A stretch of 61,426 bases of DNA, filler included, from Choristocarpus tenellus KU-1152 (GCA_964200185.2; 11 parts of 11 records of this genome joined end to end with filler, not necessarily neighbours in it); one strand, 5' to 3'; shown: positions 1 to 12,740, counted from the first letter of the whole stretch. Numbers and translations are program-made. The notes: a model not told the origin generated them from the sequence alone.

Positions 1-320
1 CTCTCCCCCCCGGATAATTTGAATATCAAAACTCTAGGGGTACGGGGGAGAGAAAATGGTATGAACACACTATCTGGAATATGTCAAAACATGCATTGAT
101 CATATCCGTGCCTTAGCCGTGTTGCTAACTATCAACCGAAACTATTTCTACCGCAAGTGCCTTGCACAGGTAGGATTCACGACGAGGTCTAATAACATGA
201 GGTTCTCCCTCAAACTGTTCTCAGGCTAATGAGCCTGCAGCGGTCTTCCAGTCTACACCCTGCCTACAGTTGAACCAACACGATATCTTCAAGTGGAAAC
301 CTGTGAACCAAGGAGACGCA

Positions 321-648
321 CCTGAACAAAAATATCGTCAGATGGTGATGCTTGCCCCCAGTCATCCCTTCCCCAGCATCGTACCGGCCCCCCGAAGTCC
401 ACCCCGGGTCGATACTCCAGGGCACACGTGTGATAAGATCCTAATGCAACTGTGATCGAGTCTATGTCACTATGGAACCCATCTGGTAGGTCTGCGAAGT
501 AGTGCCCCGCGCTGGGATTTTCGACCAAGCCTTCACCCATCTGGTCCTGGGACAACACCACTTGTCTGTGCATATTGATAGAGGCGACTAAGACTATCAA
601 CATTCGAGACATTAGACACTTAATTTGGACTCTCTTGCACCCTGTCAT
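321..648 (-). CDS. RCC1/BLIP-II repeat protein, first exon (partial)
   Basis: Translation VALGSYHTCALE...VRCWGRDDWGQASP...FVQ is a typical RCC1-like repeat. It has a hydrophobic N-terminus and ends at a GT donor (gtgcgt) near 320. Confidence 0.7.
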
Positions 649-958
649 GGCCTACAGGTAATCGCGGATTGAACGTGCTCTTATCAGCAAGGAGCATGCC
701 ACCTAGATTGCTTCGCATAAAGATCCGTGCTCATCTATGCAGTCCATCCGAATGTGCATCTAATTGCCCCATCCGTCATCGGAGATTCTTGAACCCTAAT
801 GTTGTATCAAATACAAAGGATAATTTTGACGGTAGGCTGTAGGGAGGTGGTCGTCAGAAATAAATGCCGTTTCAGAAAGTCTGTTTCACCAGTCACCTCA
901 TACGATCTGTATTGAGATAAAATCCAAATCAATCTCATTTGAAAATTATATCTTGTTC

Positions 959-2258
959 ATGTCTGCCTCTTGGGCTGATGATGATGGAAAGGATTCCAAG
1001 GAAGACGCTCCTGATGCGAAGGCGAGGGGTCGTCGACCCAGACGGACCCGACCAGGGGATGACAGCAAGGCAGGAAGTACCGACGACGCCAAAGGAGAAA
1101 TCGAGAGACCAGATATCAAGACGATAGAGGGGGGGTGAGGAATACGAGGAGGCTGGCTCCCATCTTCATATCCCTGAAGTATTTGTAGGGTACAGCGTGC
1201 CGTATTGGAGGATGAAGGACTCGTATCCTTGTCCTCCAACCCTTCAACTATTCGTCTCCTTAGAATCTTACTCCTACGAGTTTTTGTAATAATACATAAA
1301 CAAGGTGGGAGCTCGGGGCTCCTGCTTCGAGCACGACGCAGGCTGAAAGCAAGACCAGACCAACAGGAATTCAAGGCGTCAAGGCTGAAGATGTTGAACC
1401 GTAAGTGCACTGTTGGGTGCTGACAATAACACAAATGAATGATCAATATAGTATTTAACTGCACAGTGAAGAGTCGGCTTGTCTTGAGCTACAAAGTGCG
1501 ATAAGTTCATCTCGCACCAGGGATGAAGTGGACAAGATGCCAATTTTGTAAGGACTAAAACAGCAATCAGCTCTGGAGTGGTTGAACACATATTGCTCGC
1601 ACGTTGCATGGGCTGCTCCTACCGTCAGTGGGAGGCGAACGCGAGCGAGACATCACTTCGACGACGATGACGATGGAATTCTACTTATACCTGATTTGGA
1701 GGACGAGGGCGAAGAGGACATCACCACCAAGGGTATGAAGGATCCAACTATAGATGTATCTTTGCCATACCTTGTCGGCTTCTAATAGATTGGCTGGCGA
1801 AGTGATCGTTGGATTGGATATCTTGAGAACATCTCACTTGATGTTAGGTGGTGAAAGTTGAGATGCCTAAGAAGCCAATCTTCTTAACCTCCTTGTGGTG
1901 ATATGACAAACGAGGAATGCTTACATTTTGGTACAAATTTGATGTTTGGTTGTGTCAAAATGGAGAAACAAAAACATGCAAACTAAGTTTATCAGTGCAA
2001 TACGTAGGAGACTCTCGGGTCATATCTGGAATATTATGCACAATAGGATCACCGCGTTTGCACCATCAAACTCTAAATCTTAATCATCAATCCCCAAATC
2101 CCCTTTCATTGACTCCTAGTTGCTGAGGCCCCAAAGAACACAGTATCCCGTGTTCCGACTCTCAAGGAGCTGGATGAAGACCTTAAATATTCAATTCCAT
2201 TTGCTGCTGACGGTATGGATTTGAGCCTGCTAACCAAGACATTAGTGCCATCAGATAT
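959..2258 (+). CDS. IFT43: Intraflagellar transport protein 43 (IFT-A), 4 exons visible, last exon not found
   Basis: Exons at about 959-1134, 1305-1400, 1629-1732 and 2121-2258 splice in frame at GT-AG sites. They give ...GGWELGAP...HHFDDDDDGILLIPDLEDEGEEDITTKVAEAPKNTVSRVPTLKELDEDLKYSIPFAADGMDLSLLTKTLVPSDM, which matches the IFT43 IPDLE..ED...VA.AP / LD.DL / DL.LLTK.L.P motifs. Confidence 0.85.
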
Positions 2259-2535
2259 GGTGAGATTGGCATGATGTTTGACATTGGTCCCACAAAAGAG
2301 TACACACATTCTAGTTCTATTGTACAAAATAGCAAGTGGTGCCAACAGAATTCCAAATACCGGGTGAATTCCGTCACTCATGAGTCTTCATCCATTTATA
2401 AGAGATGCTGAAAGTCAAGCACAATAATCCCTTCTTAACTCGGTACTTTGAAGGACATGATAATATTTTGTTCCCCCCACCATACGGAAGGTACAAATAT
2501 TCACATTATATATACTTCGAATAACAAAGTATATA

Positions 2536-4252
2536 CTCCCTCTGTCCGATAAGTCTGGGCTGTTAAGTTGTAGCTCTTTGGGATGACGTCCGATTACCTT
2601 TACGTTGGATTCCTTGGAATATTTTACATTAAAAAAAACTAAATTTCAAAGAATTCCACAAATAATTGTGTTCCGAAATGGTTCCGAAAGAACACAGAAT
2701 GAGGCATATTCTTCCAAAAAAATTATGTTCCTGCTGCAGCGTGGAGCCGCACAGCACTCTCACAACCCCCATGGAGAGTCCCCACAGCCCGTCGTTCCCG
2801 GCACAAAGCCCTCGGTCTCGGGGAAAGAACTGGGAGCTGACCAAGGAAGGTCGAACCGCACTTACTCTGCATTACATGTTGGCTCTTCCTCTGGGTCACG
2901 ATAGGCTCCTGAGGGGTATGAGGTCTAAATTGGTGAAAGAGTTTGGAGTGGGAGAGAGATACCCTATATGGGTGTGGGTGGGAGTCAGAGAATAGTTAGA
3001 CAGGGGAAACAACGTCTCCCTGAAATCACAAGCACGATCTGGACGGTTGTTGGACTTTACGCCAACGAAACGAGCAAAGATCTGGGAAATCAACAACAAT
3101 AATCGCACGCTGACTATCGACCAACTTTCTGCCAAGCTTTGCCAAAGTGGGCCTTGCAATTTGCAGCTCAAAGCTTCATCACTGGCTCGAAGCCATGGGG
3201 GCAACGAGGGTTCAGTGCCGTGTCATCCCTAGTCTTTCATTTTCTCACAAGAAGAAGAACAGGGTGGATTTCATCCTCGACCAGATCTCACGCAACCGCA
3301 AAACCTGCGGGAATGGCCTCAACACCGTTCACATCAACTAGGCATGGTTCTACCTCACCCACGAACGAGAGATGGTATGCACGTTCCCGGGAGAGGAAAA
3401 GGACGGCTCGACGAAGGTGCAGCGCAAGAGTCACATCCCCAAAGTGACGCTCATCTCCACCGTTTCGCGCACACGTCCTTCCCTTGATTTTGATGGCAAG
3501 ATCGAGATCTGGCGGGTTTGCATTGCGAAGGAGGCGCAATGGACTACAGCGCAGCACATGAAGGGCGAGAAGTATAAGGTTAACATCACCATTGATGCCG
3601 AGTGGTACCTGGAGTGGTACACGGAGCAGTTGTTGCCAGTGATCAAGGAAAAAATGCCGTGGCCGGAATCAGGGGGGGCCTCCATACAGCAGCAGGACGG
3701 CGCAACCCAGCACACGGGCAAGGGCACAGTGTAGAAGCTGAACGCAGCAGAGATGGAGAAGGGATGGAACATTAAGCTCGTGACGCAGTCAGCACAGTAG
3801 CCAGATCTCAAAATCAATGATTTGGGTTTTTTGCATATGTTAAGAGCAGGGTTTGCGTGGAGCGTTACGGCACCGTTGATGAACTTATAGAAGGGGATTT
3901 CAAGCATGTTCCACGCGTACGGTCCAGACACGCTCAAGAGGGTGTGGCAGTCTGTTTAAGAGGTACAATCAGGTGCTAAGGGAACTGAGGGGGAGCGATT
4001 TCGAGGTAGAGCACACAGGGGCTAAAAAAAGGCAGCGGGTGGGCGGGTTGGCTAGATCAGTTGAAGTAGACTGAGCGGGCTCCACCACAGCCCTGTGTTG
4101 GTGGGTTGATGGTGTCGAATATAGGCGAGACATAGTTTTTTGATGTAAAATATTCGAAAAGGAATCCAACGCAAGGGTCCATCTTGTAATCATAGGTCAT
4201 CCTGAACACAAGAGCTACAACTTAACAGCCCAGACGTATGGGACAGAGAGAG
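2536..4252 (+). mobile_element. Full-length DD39D (plant/oomycete-type) mariner transposon with inactivated transposase
   Basis: Imperfect TIRs of about 110 bp (CTCCCTCTGTCCGATAAGTCTGGGCTGTTAAGTTGTAGCTCTT... / ...AAGAGCTACAACTTAACAGCCCAGACGTATGGGACAGAGAGAG) are flanked by TA on both sides. Internal frames give HIN*AWFYL, KVQRKSHIPKV, FDGKIEIW, QQQDGATQHTGKG and GWNIKLVTQ..*PDLKINDLGF, with several stops and frameshifts. Confidence 0.9.
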
Positions 4253-4559
4253 TACTACCAATTGTGTTATCTTCATTGTCACTATATATCTAGAACCTTC
4301 TTTGCACAGTCAATGTTGCACAGGAATGGCTGCCGAAGTAGCGAAGACACCATGGTGAATTCTGGTACTGTGCAATGTAACCGTTTCTGGAACATTCCTG
4401 GGTGGATCTTCAGATGTCTCAAGGGGAGTTTTATAGAAGGATTTGATTTATTTGACCGTGTGCTACTACAAAGAAAATTCATTGATAGTAAATATGGAAT
4501 TAGTTGTACAGGTTAAATGCACAGCCTTACACCTCTCCGCTGACCTCTGACAATTTACT

Positions 4560-4822
4560 GAGTCAAAGTATCGTAGAGGGTAGAGCTGCGTCCGTTTGGG
4601 GGCCAAAATCCAATGCTGAGATTTTTTTTCTGTAGTTTTGGCTGTTGTGTTTGTTAAGAAATGTCATTATCCTTGTTCTGGATACACCTTTTCATGTCGT
4701 ATACATTTTTACCTACTCCGAATCGTTTCGGAGTAGGCATAATGTCGTAAGAAACCCATGGGAAGGTCAAGCCCCAAACAGATAAACAGGGAAAACTCGT
4801 GCCCTCTAAGATACTTTCACTC
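4560..4822 (+). mobile_element. MITE family A copy (putative Sola2 non-autonomous)
   Basis: TIRs GAGTCAAAGTATCGTAGAGGG...CCCTCTAAGATACTTTCACTC, internal palindrome, flanks tact/tacc; 6 other full copies in the window. Confidence 0.85.
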
Positions 4823-4909
4823 TACCTGGCGGAATCCCTTTCCCGAATATTCTGGATTAGTCAGTAATCTGCTTGGCTATGTGCTTGTGCGTAATGTGCT
4901 GCTCTCAAT

Positions 4910-5074
4910 GGCTCAAAGTATCTAGGGGGGGGTGGCGGCTGTCCATTTGGGGTCAATTTTTTCATGTCGGGATTTTGGGGTGATTTGGTTACGTCGGATG
5001 GATAATGCAAATGCACTTTTCCTAACTTTGGTTCAAATAGGCACCCTGGTATAGACCCCCCCCCTCCCCCCCCC
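4910..5074 (+). mobile_element. MITE family B copy, truncated by gap
   Basis: GGCTCAAAGTATCTAGGGGGGG... homologous to 13885-14064 and to the reverse complement of 53746-53922. Confidence 0.8.
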
Positions 5075-5689
5075 NNNNNNNNNNNNNNNNNNNNNNNNNN
5101 NNNNNNNNNNNNNNNNNNTTAATTAATTAANNNNNNNNNNNNNNNNNNNNNNNNNNNNNNNNNNNNNNNNNNNNCTGCCTCCCCCACACCCTACTTGACT
5201 CTCCCTGAGGGGGCTTGTGTCACATGTTGTGTACTGCCCTGTATATGGTTTGTGTCTCCCTGCCCCTTCCTGGACTATCGCTTGACTGGTTCTCATAAAA
5301 AGAATTGGCTTGAGGCATGAAAAGGATTCAGAATGGTGCATGAAAGCAATTTAATTTCCTGTCGTGGTTGCATCTTGAACCTGAACAGTTGCAACACCTT
5401 CGGCTGTATCCCTTACTTTCCATCCCACTCCTTGATTTACATGTCTTCTGATTCTAGAGTGGCTGGGAAGCTATCAACGCACAAAATTTCTACAACAACT
5501 TCCACCTAAGCAGGATTTCCCGCTGGTTGCAGCCAGATGTTCAGCTGTACCTCTACCACATCCAGAAATCTGAAGGGATATTTGAACATCGATGGGGAGA
5601 CTCAACAATACAGGTATTTTTATGGGGTTAGGGTGCAGTGGTGATGAGGGAATCTGGGGAAAAATCAAAACCCTTACATGCAACAGGGT

Positions 5690-6200
5690 GTTTCACAGAC
5701 CATGTGCAGTAGTGCTTCAGGCATCACATTCGATTGGTCCTCATATGCATCAGCAGAAGAAGGTGCCGGGGTGTAGTTTCAAGCAAATGTCATATATTGT
5801 CCTTCCCTAGGCACCCAACTGTTGTCCTACATTTTGAATCTTCTCTCTTTTTGCTTTCTGATGTGAGGGGTATGGGAGTGACTCTGTCAGGGAGGGTGAC
5901 TACTATCCTGTGTAGAATAAAGCTCTAGTTGGAGATTTTTTTTCCTCTGAGAAATGAAGAGAGTTGTGGCACAGGTAATCTCTGCACCAAATACTGATAT
6001 CCCTCACGACCCACGCTTGAATGAGTACAAGCAAGCCCACTATAGCCACTGAAGACTCAAGGGCACAATTCCAAATTTCTGATACACAGCTCTGGCCATG
6101 TGTATCCACCCCTAATGCCTCACCCCCCCCCCAACTTTTTGAATGCTTAACGACTTTCCATGTGTTGCAGGCACTCGCAGTTAAAATATTCTTTGAGCCC
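5690..6200 (-). pseudogene. Possible highly decayed piggyBac-like transposase C-terminus
   Basis: Stitched minus-strand frames give KVVKHSKSWGG..RGGYTWPELCI...*VFSGYSGL...QAW followed by a Cys-rich tail (KCRTTVGCLGKTIYDICLKLHPGTFFC). This resembles the piggyBac Y..GGVD / W.R.F / cysteine-rich domain arrangement, but it is heavily frameshifted. Confidence 0.3.
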
Positions 6201-9200
6201 CAAACTATCTACAATATCCCTGGCATCACATACCGCCATGGAAGCCACAAGGACATTGTGAGAGTCTCTTTTTATCCAGTTTGTTGGGATTGATCAGATA
6301 TTATGACAGTGACATTGGTTCTGAGTTGGTGGCACACTTCCTTCTCCTTGATGCCATTGAAAAGGTGTACCTGAATTATATTATTCTCCTGAGCTTTATT
6401 TCCTATTTTTGGGGTCCAACCGTCTTCTGGCAAATAAGGATATGTTTGCTCCTGCTGAAACGTCTGTTCAATTAGACAGTAGGGCCACCCAATTTTGTAG
6501 TTGTCACAGTACTTTTCTGCAAGGCTCTGAATTATACGCAGGATCTGAGATGACAATGACCACATAGCTAGAGAGCCCTCCAGAAGATTTATCTCTGCCA
6601 GGAAAGTCATCATTATCTTGTTTAGTGGTGTTGTGCCTGATGTTGAAGGTGATCCTTGCTTTCGTTGAGTTGGCCCTCTTTCTGATCGTATCTCAAATGC
6701 TAATATATTGTGATTTTATCGAAACAGACAATGGAGGGGTAATGTCAGATTTTTTAAGTCTTGTGCAAACGTTTACTGCACACCATGTTTGTGGAGCTCA
6801 GTGATTTGCGTGCATTGGTTCATGCACTGTACACTGTGGGTATGCTTTGATTGTGATCGAGTGTGTCATTTTTTTTTTTCTGTCTGATTTTAACTAACAC
6901 TAGCATGTACTTTCAATTTATAATGCTGCATATTGATGAGTCGGTCCTCTACCACTCTCCTCTTCATTTGATCTTGTGTTATGTCTGCATGTGATTCAAG
7001 GGTTTTCTTTTTTCTTCTTCTTTTTCAATGTGGGGAGGAAGGGAGAGTAAGCGGGTCTGTTTGTACAGTGACCCGAGGTGTGAAGACAAGTTGGATGTCC
7101 TACCTCTCTCCGTATCGTTTGATAGGTGTGAAGGCTTTGGGCACTGCCATTAGTTTCAACAGAGTGTGCCCCCAGAAACCAGACCTGCTGGCTTGAATTG
7201 GTCCAGATGCATGCCAAATATCACTACGAAACCTTCCTGCGACAAGTGAAATAGATGCACGGCCTACTTACTGACAAACGCATGCCACCCCACCTACATT
7301 GACAAACACATCTGTGCCATGTGGTAGTACACATTACTGACTTTTATGATCTGATGATTGGTCTCAGTGTGGTTTAAGTTGTTCACTGTCGTTGCAACCC
7401 TTGCTTCGTACCTGAGGACCAAGAGCAAGCCTGGAGTTGAGATGAAATCCTTGTTCCCTATGCTGAACTCTGTGAATCCGGGGATGGTGATCTTGGAGAA
7501 GGGAAGGAATGGAAAGGAAAGGAAACTGAAAAAAACTAGGAAAGGGGCCATTTATACTCATGTTTACCCATTAATAGGTGAACTTATTTTGTCACAGATG
7601 CTAGACTTACGTTTGCCTTTCCTAATTAACATATGAGGTAGATTATTCTTATATCGAACCCTGCTTCAAATGTCTCCTTGGAGTGTTCCACCTTGTGTCA
7701 CTCCTCTGACTAGATATTTTTTCCTCCAAATAAACTTGAGATGCAGGTCATCAAGTCCACTCCAATTTACTGACAAGGCATTCCCTTGACTAGCCAATGT
7801 GACAATACTTGTCAAGGAGATGAGGGGGGAAATGCAGCAAGGTTGAGAGAGCAGGACAAGTACAGGATGGCCCATCGTGGGAGCTGTTAACTGCATGTGA
7901 TCCTTGAACGCAAGCATGAAGAGAGGGAAGATATGTCCACCCCGATCTGGAGATCGCTTGTCAAAATTGAGCTGACTACAAGCATGCGATGTATGGCAAT
8001 GCTGCATCATTCACTTGGCAATTGGAGATTGTGCCTTTCTTCCTGGACTGTGAATGTGCAGGGTCAGAAAGGGACCCATGCATTTCATCCTTCATTCTTC
8101 ATGTCTTTTTGGTTATTTTTCGGATTTCGAGGCTACGTTTTTTGTAGATGGAAGAGTTTATTTTTATCCTGTTTCTGGAGCAAAAGTGAGAATAGGATGG
8201 AGGGTGCAAGCAGTATTGGTGATTATGACTGTGTGAAGGTTGAAGAAGTGATCGTGCTCTTGTGTGTTTGTAGCATTGCACCCCCTCAGATTGTCCACAG
8301 GTTTCCTCCTTTCACAACAGTTTGATTATGAGGGGTTTTGCAGGCCCTGAGTGTTTAGGGAGAACACCTCTTTGTTTCTGGCTAGGACTTTTGGACTAGA
8401 AGTATTTCTTGTGTGCAAAATTTGGAAGTGCAATGGAAGGGCAGAGGGTGGTTTGCCCCTCCCTTGAATATTAACAACTTGGTGTTCACAGTGGTAGAAT
8501 CTCGTGGCAGTGTAAGGAAGGTTGGATTATCGGTCACCCTTCTTCAACCTACAGACTACTTTGAATCAGTAAGGGAATGTTGTAAATCTATCTCCTTTAG
8601 ATATGTTTTAGCCATGATATTTTGGCATTGCCTCCCCCTCTGTCTTTTACTGTTGTAGTTGAATGTATGGAAAGGAAGTATTGCCTGCACAGGGTAGGCA
8701 AGTTGTTTGAGGTAAGGGGTGGTTGAGGTCTATTTACTGGGTACATGTTTCGAAAAGCAATATTTGGACTGATGCAATGGCATACATGTCGGTCACACTG
8801 ACCCAATAGAATGGCTTTACTCTGTAACACCCTGGAGTGCAAAGGGGAATCCCCATCTTTGGGAACCATTGTTATCATGCTTTTTTTCACTTCTTCAAAT
8901 ATATAGAGGTTAGGGTTATTTCTCACACACAAGTCAGGGTTTGGGTTAGTTAGGGTTAGGTTTTCGTAAATGTGTGTGGAAAAGTGAAAAGTAGACGACG
9001 GTGGTGGATCCTTGAGGAGTTGTGGTTCCCCGGTGCGCACTGTAATGCTGCACCACAACAGTGTGATACTTCTCCCAGAAAGTTTTCCTTGGTTAGAGAT
9101 ACTTTTTGCACACGTGTAAGGATTAGGGTTGGGGTAAGGTTTTTGAAAATGGGTGCGAAAAAGTGAACAAATATTACACATTGGTGGTTGCTGAAGAAGA

Positions 9201-9554
9201 AAGGGTTCCCCTGTGCACTGCAGCCCTGCGAGATAGTGTTTCCTATATCCAATATCCTGCAAGTTAGACATAATTGTTACATATCATCCCCTTTCGTGTC
9301 GACATTATTCTTTCGTTTTAAACACAACTAACAAATTATTGTCTTAACGTTGCAAGTAGGTTCTTTTGGTGATGAAGGTATATCCGATACAGTCCTTTTC
9401 CTTTCTTGGTTGTGGAGACTTCACACTACTACTACGATATCACCCTCCCTACCACAAGGTAGCTCTCTCAGGAGGCTGAGCTAGGCCTCCATGTCTATGC
9501 CTAAAGACCCAGAGACCAGATCCCATCCTATCTTGTGATTGGTGTGAGCCTTGA

Positions 9555-10029
9555 ATGATGGGCTCGTTGTTCGAGGCAGTCGATGAGGTGAACATCGAGA
9601 GAGTAAGGTTGCTCTTATCCAAGGGAGCTGATGTGAATACTGTGACTGATGGAGGTGTTACTCCTCTGATGATAGGTTGCGAGCGAGGTGAGACCAAGAG
9701 AGAGCTACTTCAACAAAATCTCCAACATTCCCATAGTGCCCTGACCCTTAGCACTTACGTCCTCTGCAGTACAAGTCGACGATATGCCACCACTTCAACA
9801 TGCACTGCATTTTTTTGTCTAGTTCTCACATACCAATATGTGCAGGCATCATGCTCTGACATGTCGATGTCCCAAATCGACCGATCTCTTCTGCAATACC
9901 CCCCTCTCTTTCCCCCTACACTTGAGCAGGAGATAGGGACTTGGTTGATCTCCTGCTCCGAAGTGGAGCTTCTACAAAGCCTGTAACACAGACGTCTCAG
10001 AGTTCATGCCTACATTTTGCCGCGAAAGT
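9555..10029 (+). CDS. Ankyrin-repeat protein, first two exons (partial, runs into gap)
   Basis: LFEAV...VRLLLSKGADVNTVTDGGVTPLMIGCERG, GT donor at about 9689, then DLVDLLLRSGAST...SCLHFAAK. Confidence 0.8.
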
Positions 10030-10064
10030 TGGAGCGGTGCGTGTCTTCCAACTTTCCAGTCCCT

Positions 10065-10095
<31 letters not shown>

Positions 10096-10306
10096 ACCCA
10101 CCCCCCCCCCAACCACCCCCCCGCCACCCCCNNNNNNNNNNNNNNNNNNNNNNNNNNNNNNNNNNNNNNNNNNNNTTAATTAATTAANNNNNNNNNNNNN
10201 NNNNNNNNNNNNNNNNNNNNNNNNNNNNNNNGTCAATTTTGGGTCAAGCCCATCCTCAATGAAAAGCTCCATCCTCAATTTTTGAAATCGGCTGTTATCT
10301 GCTGAT

Positions 10307-10562
10307 GAGTGAAAGTATCTTAGAAGGTACGAGTTTTGTCCTGTTTGTCCATTTGGGACTTGGCTTCCCCTGGTTTTTTATGACATTTTCCTACTCCAAA
10401 ATATTTCGGAGTAGGTAAAATGTATACGTTATGAAAAGATGTGTCCGGAACAAGGATATTGACGCTTCCTAGCAAGCACGATAGCCAAAATTACATCAAA
10501 TCTCAACATTGGATTTTGGTCCACAAATGGACATGGCTCTACTCTCTAAGATACTTTGGCTC
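10307..10562 (-). mobile_element. MITE family A copy
   Basis: GAGTGAAAGTATCTTAG...CTAAGATACTTTGGCTC with a perfect 4-bp TSD TGAT/TGAT. Confidence 0.9.
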
Positions 10563-10749
10563 TGATGATAATCATGATTGAAGTATTTGAAATTTTTCGC
10601 GAGTTACTGTCGCGTACTGTAATACACGTACTGTGTACTGTAGTATCACAGGTGGTCTTTTGCACGTAGAGGTACGTCCTATTAAGTGTCCATACGGGAA
10701 TAATATACAGGGACACCTTACCTTGTACAAGGTGTCCCTATATATTAAT

Positions 10750-11200
10750 GAGGATTTCTGCGATGCTCTTGACTCTCTACCACAAACCTGACTGAAAACT
10801 GTCTCAGGCTTCCATCAACGCAGCGAGAGCCTGGATTGGTGTGGAAGACAACAATGAAGTGGCCAATGCGATAGTAGAGGACATGAAAGATCAGCTGTTC
10901 GAGGGATCGTTGCACCAGTCGGACGATGAAAGCTCGGGTGACGAGGATGACGGTGGGTTTATGGGAGGGCGCAGTGCATCAAGGGTTGCAAGGAAAGGAG
11001 CAGCTTCTTCAGTGTTCTCGATTCCTCAACCACCATACTCTCAAGTAGCTGGCGAGTTTGTAATCTTAGAAACAACTCCCGAAGAGTATAGCATGAACAA
11101 TGCTTCGTATCATCTCCCGAAAGCAAAGATGGCTTGGCTCAGCATAATCGGGGCAAGGGCAATCAAACAAGCTGACATTGGCGATTTTTTTGGCAGTTGC
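10750..11200 (+). pseudogene. Probable C-terminal remnant of a pogo/Tigger-like transposase
   Basis: AWIGVED...acidic tract...PPYSQVAGEFVILE...ASYHLPKAKMAW...KQADIGDFF resembles the pogo-type C-terminal KQ..I.DFF motif. No catalytic core is visible. Confidence 0.4.
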
Positions 11201-12467
11201 GATATTTTTTTTGCAGGTAAGTTGTTTTACTCAGTGCGCGCGAGGGGGGTGCATGGTGGTGCAGCTGCATTTAATCCGTGGTGGTGTTTTGGTACTATAC
11301 TGTATAATATCCTTGTAGGGTGTAATTGAATACGTAGGGCAGGGCATCAGAGGGAGATTGACTATAAAGGTTGATTTGATTTGAACTGCGAGTCTTCTCT
11401 CCAGCCATCAACGGCTTGCGGACGCATTTCTTGGGAAGGTGTACTATATATATGAGTGAATACATATCAATGAGTGTAATTTACCAAAGCTACAGTACTG
11501 CATACATATGACACTGGTATTCTGCGCAGGGGTGGTGTAGGTGTGGTGCTCACTGCACCACCACAGCTTCATCGGAATGGGCTAACTGAGGGCAATTTCA
11601 ATACATATTTACATGTAACTACTCTTGAAGGCACATGGGAAGCACATACAGCAAGGGTGCCACCCTGTTGTATTTTGGGGATAAGTAAAAAGTGCATACG
11701 AGGACTTTTGCTCGATATAAAATAATTCGGTTTAAGAGAAAAGCGCTCTAATATATAATAAGAGAGGATAACTGTATTGAAAAAATATGAATACATACAA
11801 ATAACATTATTTACAGTACAGTTGCGATTTTCTTTTAAGGTAGACTACAGTGTTGTAGTGAATAGTTGTAGTTTTGACCAACAGCTGATACCTTTCACAT
11901 TTATGATAACTGTTACTTTTACGGGGGTTCTTACCATATTGAATTGATATCTTTCACATTTATGATAACTGTTACTTTTACAGGGGTTCTTACGATATTG
12001 AATTGGCTTTTCTCCTGACACATTTGCAAAATGTGAGAGGGAAAAATAATATATGTTGACAGGACAGTTGCAGCAGTTTAATATTTGACAGTACAATAGT
12101 TTGAGTTGCAACCATTTTCACTACAGTCAACAGTGCTGAACAGTATGACCCTTCCACGGTTACTTGAGCATGGAAATGAAGGGAGTACTAAGTCTATTAG
12201 CTCTTTTGGTGAAGGGGTCAGTAGATATGTATGTATATATATGTGTGTGTACCTTTCTAAAAAAAAAGAAGTGCATGGTCATCTGATGCCTGTATATAAC
12301 TATTGTTATTTTACATTTCCAACGTGTCAGTACGCATAATAGCAGTAGGCATTGCAACATACATTATATACTCCTCTATCTCATACGTTTGTATCGATAT
12401 AGTTTTTTGTTAATATTTTTTTCAAGTATGAGATTCAGAAATAACAAATGATATATGTATTATTATT

Positions 12468-12740
12468 CCGTCTGACATCTTCCAGTTGATTTCGGGGAAA
12501 ACCAACGAAAAACCATTAAAATGTCAGAACAATCCCTGAAAAAGTATCAGTTGTCGTAAATGTGAAAGACATTTTTCTAGCAACTATTTACTATTTTACT
12601 ATCGGTTATGCTACACCAGTGCCCTCCTGTGCCTCAAACCTACCTTGGTCCTGCACCCAAGGGTGAGGAGCTAGGGAAGCATCCCAAGAATCTAACAAGC
12701 CCATCCTTGCCCATATCCCTGGTGTCTCCGGCTTAAAACG
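12468..12740 (+). repeat. Dispersed repeat family D copy
   Basis: Shares CC.TCTGACA..hairpin..GGGGAAAACCAAC, TCGTAAATGTGAA and GGGAAGCATCCCAAGAATCT blocks with 37070-37295, 42100-42410, 53943-54240 and (reverse strand) 11885-12040. Confidence 0.7.

Noticed and set aside
4560-4822. piggyBac, Sola3 or Zator assignment for the MITEs
   Set aside because: The clean TSDs are variable 4-mers rather than TTAA or 3-bp TWA, although two copies (27159, 13885) are ambiguous.
5075-5174. TTAATTAATTAA motif centred in N runs (10 occurrences)
   Set aside because: Artificial 100-bp contig-joining spacer with stops in all frames; not biological. Many of these gaps start at poly-C/G tracts, often in MITE ends, consistent with assembly breaks.
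8597-9271. 224-aa minus-strand ORF
   Set aside because: No recognisable motif, includes CCCTAA-derived low-complexity sequence and lacks coherent splice signals.
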